NCBI GenBank assembly: GCA_951406725.2
Contig: OX597823.1
Coordinates: 434,001-498,000, forward strand
Direction of reading: 5' to 3'
From: Octopus vulgaris
Lineage: Eukaryota
Length of the DNA stretch: 64,000 bases
Position 1 is the first letter of the stretch, and the number at the start of each line of letters is the position of its first letter. The notes under the pieces are model-generated. The model saw only the letters and a program-made list of their open reading frames with translations, was not told the DNA's origin and made no database searches. A program made the position numbers and the translations under genes. Below, piece after piece: positions 55,376 to 64,000 of the stretch.

Positions 55376-55759
55376 CAAGCAGTATCGCCTGGCGTTGCTC
55401 GGGTTTGTAAGGGAAATAACTATATAAGCATTTTTAGAGATGTAAAGTATAATAGCCATCTCAATATGGCTAACCACAAAGGGGGGTGTTACTGTAGCTT
55501 TTTACGTTATGAGATTTAATAATAAATTTTTAGAGAGTTACTTCCCTTATATATGCCAAAAATGCATTAAAAATGGGAAAAATTGATGGTAAATTTTTTT
55601 TTAAATTGTAGACGCGCGCTAATACCCAGAAGGGCTCAATATGAATCATGACTATAAGATACCGGGTTTTGGTTAAACTGCACCGCAAAATGTGGGAGTA
55701 GTTAGGAATCTAAATCGTAGGAGACAGACAGCACACAACCTCACTTTTATATATAAAGA
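55376..55759 (-). mobile_element. Non-autonomous Helitron-like element (same family as 5247-5641)
   Basis: Reverse complement starts TCtttatatataaaagtgagg and ends cccgagcaacgccaggcgatactgcttg|t. Confidence 0.75.
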
Positions 55760-56330
55760 TATATTATATATCATATATATATATATATATATATATTATA
55801 TCATATATGTTACAAATATCATATATATATTCATCATCATCATCATCATCATCATTTAACGTTCGCTTTCAAAGCTGGCATGGGTTGGATGATTTGACTG
55901 AGGTCTGGCAAACCAAATGGCTGCACCAGGCTCCAATCTGATCTGGCAGAGTTTCTACAGCTCAATGCCCTTCCTAACGCCAACCACTCTGAGAGTGTAG
56001 TGGGTGCTTTTGTGTGCTACCGACACTAGGGCCATGCCATGCTCAAATGGTGCATTTTATGTGCCACCTGCACAGGAGCCAGTCCAGCAGCACTGGCAAC
56101 GACCTTGCTCGAATATTTTTTCATGTGCCTCCAGCACAAATGCCAGTAAGGCGATGCAGGTAATGATCACGCTCGAATGGTGCTTTTTACATGCCACCGG
56201 CAAAGAAGCCAGTTTGTTGCTCTGGCAACGATCACACTCGGATGGTACTTTTAGCACTCCACTAGCACAGATGCCAGTCATCGAATTTGATTTTGATATT
56301 ATACATGATATATATATTATATCATACATA

Positions 56331-56712
56331 TCTCTCTATATATAAACGGCAGTTTGTCTGTGTGTGTTTCTGTGTGTCTGTTTGCTTGTACCCTCACTCT
56401 GACCACGGCTTTCAACCGATTCTGATGAAACTTGACACACACATAGCCCAATGTCATAATTCAAAACTAACGCAGCGAAAATTTTGAAAAGTCCCCCCAG
56501 TTCTGAAAAGATCGATAAATTCAACATGGGGTCGACAATCAGAAATACAAACCACAGATGGTCATGGGGACGCAACTCGACCTTTTTAACTATCAAAAAA
56601 ATTTACCATCTTTTTTTCCCATTTTTTTGCTATTTTTTGGCTATAACTCTCAAAAAAATCCTTTATAGTTATTTCCCTTACAAACCCGAGCAACGCCGGG
56701 CGATACTGCTAG
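56331..56712 (+). mobile_element. Helitron-like element with the same 3' end but a different 5' part
   Basis: a|TC start; 3' hairpin cccgagcaacgccggg and CTAG|t. Confidence 0.75.
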
Positions 56713-56820
56713 TCATAAATATATATTATATATATATTATAGACATATATATATATATATTACGGAGATGTACTTGCATAGTAAGTGACTTGTTCAGAGA
56801 TCGTGTGCTGGAACGAAAAC

Positions 56821-57110
56821 AATTGTAGCGTGGAAGGTGTTTATAAGCCATTTAAGAAACAGACAAAAATGTTAGATTTACTTCAACATTTAAATTTAAT
56901 TTGTCAAAATAATTTCATCACTTTGAGACCGCGACCTGTTCACTGACAAAACTTTGTGCTGCATCTGAGCAGCAGGAAGTTTTGTCAGTGAACAGGTCGC
57001 GGTCTCAAAGTGACGAAACTATTTTGACAAATTAAATTTAAATGTTGAAGTGAATCTAACATTTTTGTATGTTTCTTAAATGGTTTATAAACACCTTCCA
57101 CGCTGCAATT
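56821..57110. mobile_element. 290 bp fold-back palindrome with a hammerhead-like motif on each strand (Penelope pLTR-derived?)
   Basis: Arms 56821-56954 and 56977-57110 are near reverse complements; the spacer itself folds (tgctgc/gcagca). Confidence 0.8.
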
Positions 57111-57433
57111 ATATATATATATACGGTGGCATGTAAAAAGCACCATCCGTTCGTGGCCGTTGCCAGCCTCGCCTGGCCCCGTGCCGGCGGCACGTAAAAA
57201 GCACCATCCGTCCGTGGCCGTTTGCCAGCTCCGTCTGGCACCTGTGCGGGTGGCACGTAAAAAGCGCCCACTACACTCTCGGAGTGGTTGGCGTTAGGAA
57301 GGGCATCCAGCCGTAGAAACACTGCCAGATCAGACTGAGCCTGATGCAGCCTTCTGGCTTCACAGACTCCAGTTGAACCGTCCAAACCATGCTAGCATGA
57401 AAAGCGGACGCTAAACGATGGCGATGATGATGA

Positions 57434-57481
<48 letters not shown>

Positions 57482-57827
57482 GCCAGCGCCACCTCGACTG
57501 GCTTCCGTGTCGGTGGCACGTAAAAAGCACCATCCGAATCGTAGCCAAAGCCAGTGCCGCCTTGACTGGCTTCCATAAAATGCACCAATCCGACCGTGGC
57601 TGATGCCAGCCTCGCCTGGCACCGGTGCAGGTGGCACATAAAAAGCACCCACTACACTCACGAAGTGGTTGGCGTTAGGAAGGGCATCCAGCTGAAGAAA
57701 CTTTGCCAGATAAGACCGGAGCCTGGTGCAGCCTTCTAGCTTCCCAGATCCCCGGTCGAACCGTCCAACCCATGCTAGCATGGAGAACGGACGTTAAACG
57801 ATGATGATGATGATGATATATATATAT

Positions 57828-57879
<52 letters not shown>

Positions 57880-58274
57880 TATATACACACTAGCTAACGT
57901 ACCTGGTAATTCCCAGAAAAGCGGGGCTTATCCTCTGGTCCTGTTCTCATAATTGTTTCACTAATCCAATAGCAACAATACAAAGTATGTAGCCCTTAAA
58001 ACGGTTTTTGTGGATTTATTGAGAATACTGAACTGTCTTAGACAGGATCTTCATCATTATCATCATCGTTTAATGTCCCATGCTAGCATGGGTTGGACAG
58101 TTTGTCTAGGGTCTGGGAAGCCAGGAGGCTGCACCAGGCTCCAGTCTGATCAGGCAGTGTTTCTACAGCTGGATGCCCTTCCTAATGCCAACCTCTCCAT
58201 GAGTATAGTGGGTGATTTTCACCTGCCACCGGCACAGGGGCCAGAGGATGCTGGCAATGGCCATGATTGGTTGG

Positions 58275-58540
58275 TGCTTTCTGCCAACAGAGGTAGTAGT
58301 TCTCTGAAATTCCTCCAACCTATTCTTATTCTAGAACTAATACTTTCAGAGCATCCACCACTGTTACTAATTTGGTCACCTAAATAGCAGAAACTATCTA
58401 CTACCTCAAGAGAGTCTCCCAACCATTTGAGAGAGTTTAAGTCTCTTGTGCTCTTAGTACTTATTGTTCCTATACATCTATCACACACAAAAGCAACCTT
58501 ATCTGATAATCTTCCCATGATTCCACTGCATCTCTTGACT
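58275..58540 (-). mobile_element. RTE ORF fragment
   Basis: ORF 58219-58518 reads LEVVDSFCYLGDQIS..GGC...RIRIGW..FRELLPLL, as in the RTE at 26939. Confidence 0.8.
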
Positions 58541-58559
58541 GAACCCAGAGCAAAAACCA

Positions 58560-59560
58560 GTTCCCAACCTCCATGTTATAAATGTAAATCCCACCCTTCC
58601 CCACACCTCTAATACCCTTCCAAATATTGGAGTATCAAACAATCTAACAAACGACCACCCCACACCTGATAACCCCTAATCCTATATACACCACAACCCC
58701 TCCAAAACCCTAGCTCCACCCAGGTAATCCTACCCCCAATCAGATTAAATGAACTAGAGCCGAAGACATCAACTGGTTCCACCCCAGTCACCCATAACAT
58801 CCAGATTTGAGCACCCAAACTCTTCTTTGCCCTACTTGAAAACCATTTCCCTAAATCTAACCCACTTAGAAAAATATTTAACCCCCAATCTATAAAATTG
58901 TCCTACTCCACCATCACCAACATTGCTGGAGTTATCTAAAATCTTAACATGAAACTCTAAAATCCATTAATGGCCAACCCCCACCCGAGTAAATTAATTC
59001 AACATAATCCTCAACTTCATACACATAACCCAATGCACCAACTGACCCCGCTGAACAAAACTAGCTCTCATAACTATAATGCCAATGCTAACACCAGATC
59101 CTTAAATGTACAACACCCAAATATACCTCCTGTCATAATAGAGAACATCCTAGAGGATACCACTGGACACAATAATTATCATACCATACAAACCAACAAC
59201 ACCACCATCAACTCTTTATCAAACGACAACCTTGATAAGTGCACAGTATCAACTAACAACTGCAATTGCATTTACATCAGCTCATGTAGCACCACTTTGT
59301 AAGCTAGGGTGAGAAATCCCTACTCTAGTAGTCCATTGTTATCTCAACTTATCAGTAAACTAACACTTGATTCAACCCCTTACACTCTCAAATGGTCCAG
59401 TCACCCACACTAACCCTTACTGTGGATATAACAAGTGAGATCTCTGCATAGTGGCTATTTTGCAATCCACGGATTGTCTCAATGAACACAGTAGTATAAT
59501 ATTCATCTGCAAACAGAGGGCACCAAATCTATTCCCAAAATACAAATAACTACAACCTCA
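58560..59560 (+). mobile_element. Degenerate Penelope-like element (RT/GIY-YIG linker and C-terminus)
   Basis: 58814-58936 reads PKLFFALLENHFPKSNPLRKIFNPQSIKLSYSTITNI, matching the HFP...KIFN...K.SYS motif of Penelope-like proteins; later PY...DLC relic. Confidence 0.65.
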
Positions 59561-60332
59561 CCCTGCTCTTATTTTCCCTTAACTCTCATATATACATATA
59601 TATTTTTCGCCCACTCATCCACCCTCACTACCACCACTTTCTATTAAACCAACAATATCTTTTTCCTTTTTTAATTCCTTGATTGTCAATTACTAAATTC
59701 TCTCTGTATTTATATTTGGTATCTAAAATATTTTTCTTTCCTTTTATTTCAACTCCCTCCCCCTCCATCCTACATAAACTTACACCACTTCACATATTTT
59801 TTTTCTTACCTTTTCTGCTTGTTTCTGCCTTCCACAATAAAAGCCTTTTGACTACCAACAAAATTCCTCACCCTACCTTGCTTTATTCATACACATTTTC
59901 TTTTTCCCCCCATGACTGAAAACATTTCCTCACCCTCTCCCCTCCAATTTTTATCTTTTCTTCTAGTACCAAACCTACTACTAAATTCTGTGATTTAGCC
60001 AAAACCACTATGCTATCCCCTACCAGTCAACTGACCTTACTCAATTCCTCCTTCCTCTCCCTTATATTTTTTCTTCTTTCTTCCCTTCTTCTAATACTTA
60101 TTTCTCCCTACATCTATGCACCCCTTTCATACCTCCTTGCAACAATGTAACCTTTAATCTAATCAAGATATCCTTGACCTGAAAAGTAACCAGTGGGATA
60201 CACTTCACCTGGATTTTACCACTTCTGAGGTTTCACACACTAACAAACATATGTAGCCTGGATTTTTCCTCCTCCATTCTATAACTCTTGTGTTTGTGTG
60301 TGTGTATGTGGGTGTGTATATATATAGATGTC

Positions 60333-61634
60333 CAGGGTGAGGCAAAGAGGTCAGAGGTTTTTGAAAAATTCAAAATCATTAATTTTAGCTGCAAGCAAAT
60401 TTTATTGACGCCAATGTGTTTGTATTGAATTAGCATTTGTCAAAATCAAATGTGGAAAACAACATCCATCATGTGGTGTCCATTTTACTTGATGCATTTC
60501 TGAAGGTGTTCTTGGAAGTAGGTTTCCACTCTTTCTAGCAATGTTCTGTTGATTTGGGTGACTTCCACACGAATAGCTTCTTTCAAATCATCCAATATGC
60601 GGCACATACACACGCACTTTGAGGTTTCCCCACAAGAAATAATCACACATGGACAAATCAGGGGACAGGGGGGGGGGGGGCAAGGAAGGTCAACAAACCT
60701 GGAAATGAGGCAGTCACTGAAAAGAGGGTGAAGAACATCCATTGATGCTCTGGCTGTGTGGGCAATCGCCCCATCCTTCTGAAGCCACACATGTTGAATA
60801 GGGATGCGTTTCCGTCGTAATTCAGGCACAAAGAAGTCAATCGTCCTCTCGATGTAATGCTCGGCGTTCACAGTAACAGCATTCCCATTGTTGTCTTCAA
60901 ACAAGTACAGACCAATGACAGCAGCTTTTCCAACAGTACACCAGACCATTACATTGGGGCTGTGCAGTGGTCTTTTGTGCAGTTCTCTCGGATTTTCAAG
61001 AGCCCAATAACGACAGTTCTGTTGATTCACCATGCCATTGAGATCAAAATGAACTCCATCACTCATTAACAAAATGCAGTTGTCATTTGCCTCAAAAATT
61101 ACTTCCATCTGACATGCAAAGTTAGGCTGCTGCACATAGTCCCATGGTTTCAACTGTTGCCCAGTGACCAATTTACATGGGTGGAAATACAGGGGGAATG
61201 CAAAATATGCCTCACCGCTCAATTACTGATGCCAAGTTCAGTGGAATGTCTCCGAGCAGAGCGATTCGGACTCCATATGAAAGCTTGTCTGACATGTTCC
61301 ACATTTTCCGGGGTCCGTACCGTTCGTGGCACTCCACTGGTCTGCTATTCATTAGTGTACCTCATGTACGAAGTGCATTCACCCAACATAAGATTGTGTT
61401 ACGGGTGGGAACAGCCTGATTTTGATGACTATTGAAGTGGCACTGAAACTCACACTGAACTGCTGCGACAGATGTGTTATTCTTCATGCAACTGTCATAA
61501 GCAGACATGCAATGCTCTCTGAAAAAAGAATGCTAAGATACCACAAGCCGAATGCTACCTGTTGGACATATGTCTCTCCTCTTGGGTTGAGTAATAGCCA
61601 TTTCAAAAATGTCCATCCTCTATACCCCACCCTG
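60333..61634 (-). mobile_element. Tc1/mariner-superfamily transposon (possibly DD41D/rosa-like), pseudogenised
   Basis: Imperfect TIRs cagggtg...tttttgaaa at both ends; ORF 60485-61222 reads SDGVHF.LNG.VNQQNCRYW...PLHS...VWC...QKDGA.AHT. Confidence 0.85.
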
Positions 61635-62249
61635 TATATATATATATATATATATATAATCCTCTTTGAGGTTTTTATCTCCACTTTTCCATGCTTGTAT
61701 GGATCAAGTATAATTCCTTGGGAGAGATTTTCTATAGTTGCATGCTTTTCTTGTTGTTAATCCTCTTATGTTTCCATGTCCTCTTTTCACTTCGTCTTTT
61801 CAACCCAAAGAACACCAGGATCAAGCACAGATCCTGCTTAACAAATTCACTCACAAGGCATTGGTTGGGTTTGGGCTGTAATAGAAGGCACAAGGTACCA
61901 TGCAAGGGGATTGCACCTTAAACTACAGGGTTTCAAAGTGAGTTTCTTAACCACAAAGACATGTTTGCACTCACATTTACTTATAGTTAGAATGCAATGT
62001 CAAGGCAGAGAGACACGAGTGCACACGCACGCACACACACACTGGTCTTCTTTCAGTTTAAGTCTACTCACAAAGCTTTAATTGGTCTAGAGTTATTGAA
62101 AACTCTTGCTCAAGGTGCCATGAAGTAAAACTGAAGCTACATAGATCTGAAGTGAATTTCTAAACCAGACATCCATGCCTGATTAAGTTTGCATGAAAAG
62201 AAATGAAAACACAATAACCCTTCCAAAAAATAAGAATATTTTCAGAAAA

Positions 62250-62700
62250 TAAAAACCAACAAGATTACGACTGGGAGATAACAGCTTACTCAACGTAGCT
62301 GTCCTCCGCTTCCACCATGACCACAACATAGCTCTAGAGCCTGTTGCATGCATTCCTCACCTTTCCCTGGAAAAATCTTCGAAAACCTTCTTGATCTTGG
62401 CCAGCAGCTCAACCCGGATGTTGCAGGCAGAGCAGTTGGTGCCTTTTCTCATCTGCACTCCACTCCCACAGAGTAATCTCAAGGATTACAACTGGAGGGA
62501 ATTAGAAGGCTAGACATTGGGGCTGGTGAAGTCACTAAAGTTCTCCAACAAGCACTTCTTACTCTTCCAGGAGGTATGGCAAGAAGCCAAATCCTGCTGC
62601 CACACATATGGCTTTCCAGTAGCAACACTCCCTAACCAGGAATTGATCACAGTTTCCAGCAGTTACACATAGCCATCTGAATTGAAAGGTGTGTCTGAAG
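62250..62700 (-). mobile_element. maT/DD37D-like transposase fragment
   Basis: Minus strand reads GKPYVWQQDLASCHT, followed by a decayed (W)PPNSPDCNPLDY-like segment. Confidence 0.6.
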
Positions 62701-62819
62701 AAAGTAATTCAACATAAGACGTGTGGCCAGAACCTCCTGGAAAATATTCATAGCAAGGTTCATTCTACAGTTGAATTGGAACAATCAAAATGAGTGATAG
62801 GCATGAAGAGGACAAAGAT

Positions 62820-64000
62820 TAAGTGGCCGAAAGCAAATGATGCAGCGAGTTATAAAAAAATTTGACAGCGAGGTAGCAAGAATGACCACCAAATTCAAAG
62901 ACGACGACGAACAAAAGCTGGAAAACCTGGTTAATACAATCTACCAGGAAGGAGAGAAAAGATTTGGACTGGAAACAACGGGGAAGGTAGAATCAACAGT
63001 AAAGAGCTGACCATCGAGGAGAGAAAGATGGATAGCAAAGATTTGAGAAGAGAAGAAAGATAGAGGGATGTAAAGGAGGAGGAAAGAGAAGGGCTAAAGC
63101 AGCTATATGAAGAGATAAAAAGGAGGCATTGAGATCTTCTAAGAAAACAAAGAAGGGGGAGCAGAAGAAAGGAGAGAGAAAAGAACTATCGTAGCTTTGT
63201 GAACAATCCCTATCAATATGCGAAACATCTATTTACTGAAAGTAAAAGCAGAAAAATGAATTGCACGAAAGAAGAGCTCGAACAACATCTGAAAGAGACG
63301 GAAAACTAAGGCACGCAGATGTAGTCGGAGCGACACAACCCACAAGAAGCAAGAGCCGGCCTAGGGTCGCACAATTTCAGGCCATTTTGCAAGAGCAGTA
63401 TAAAAGAGATGAAAGAGGCAGTGGTATACGAAGTGAGAAAGGAGGAAGAAGAAAGGCAAAATGTACATTTGGCGCAATGTAGTCAAAAGGGACAGTGCCT
63501 GAGATGGGAGGAATATGTGATCAACCGCAGAATATCATGGAAGGAACTTTGGGCTTGGGAACAAGCAAGAACATCCTTCCTGTTCAAGTCTACCTTCGAC
63601 GTTCTACCCTCACCGGCAAACTTAGTCCGATGGAACATAAAAACAACCGATGAGTGTAGATGCGGAGAGAAAGCGACAGTCAGACATGTTCTGTCAAATT
63701 GCAGACTAGCACTTGAAAGATATACATGGCGGCATAATCAAGTCCTCGGCGTCATTAAGCACAGCACTCAAGAAGATCGGGAGGTACAATAGGGGAGAAT
63801 ACCCAAAAGTAGAAAAGCGCAGGAAAGTATACTTCCACAAGGCGGGAAAAGGTTATAAAACCAGGCCTACAAGTAAAGTATACGAGATAGACGAAAGATG
63901 GAAGGGATACTGGGAGGTGGCCACGGACTTGGAAAGACTAGTAATATTTCCGCTAATGAAAACAACAAAAAGACCGGATTTAGTCCTATGGGACAGAGAC
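62820..64000 (+). mobile_element. RLE-type non-LTR retrotransposon (HERO-like), internally deleted, runs off the window
   Basis: ORF 63409-63792 reads STFDVLPSPANLVRW...CRCGE...HVLSNC...YTWRHNQVL; RPDLVLW near the window end; no RT motifs between the N- and C-terminal parts. Confidence 0.8.

Overview
AT-rich, repeat-dense eukaryotic DNA whose repeat content looks cephalopod (Octopus-like; inferred from repeat style, not verified). The ORF track misses the only host gene I can support. Four small minus-strand exons (38291-38422, 16699-16812, 9300-9342, 2135-2210) have canonical splice sites and compatible phases. They splice to MSIKLVSSGSYNVRASEMAHDRQLKTITCLVHFLDDTEEYFEID-KRSKAQALLEKVYDHLELIEKDYFGLQFLEVAPTPEGM-RWVDPLKTVKKQCR-GPTYEFYFRVKFYVSDPSKLGEEYTR, the N-terminal FERM domain of a PTPN4/PTPN3 (PTPMEG)-type phosphatase that continues off the left edge. 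The rest is intronic or upstream DNA filled with LINEs (R4/Dong, RTE, CR1-group, HERO-like, Penelope), tRNA-derived SINEs, mariner/Tc1 relics, Helitron-like elements, MITEs and very long (TA)n arrays. The most notable observations are: (1) a ~1.05 kb C-depleted island whose motifs follow the order of SSU rRNA but differ mostly by C>T/G>A; (2) fold-back elements carrying minimal hammerhead ribozyme motifs, one with a G3-C8 swapped core; (3) a SINE and a LINE sharing a 3' stem-loop with compensatory changes; (4) a cluster of short-range inverted repeats at 53-58 kb. Transposon boundaries are approximate unless termini or TSDs are quoted.
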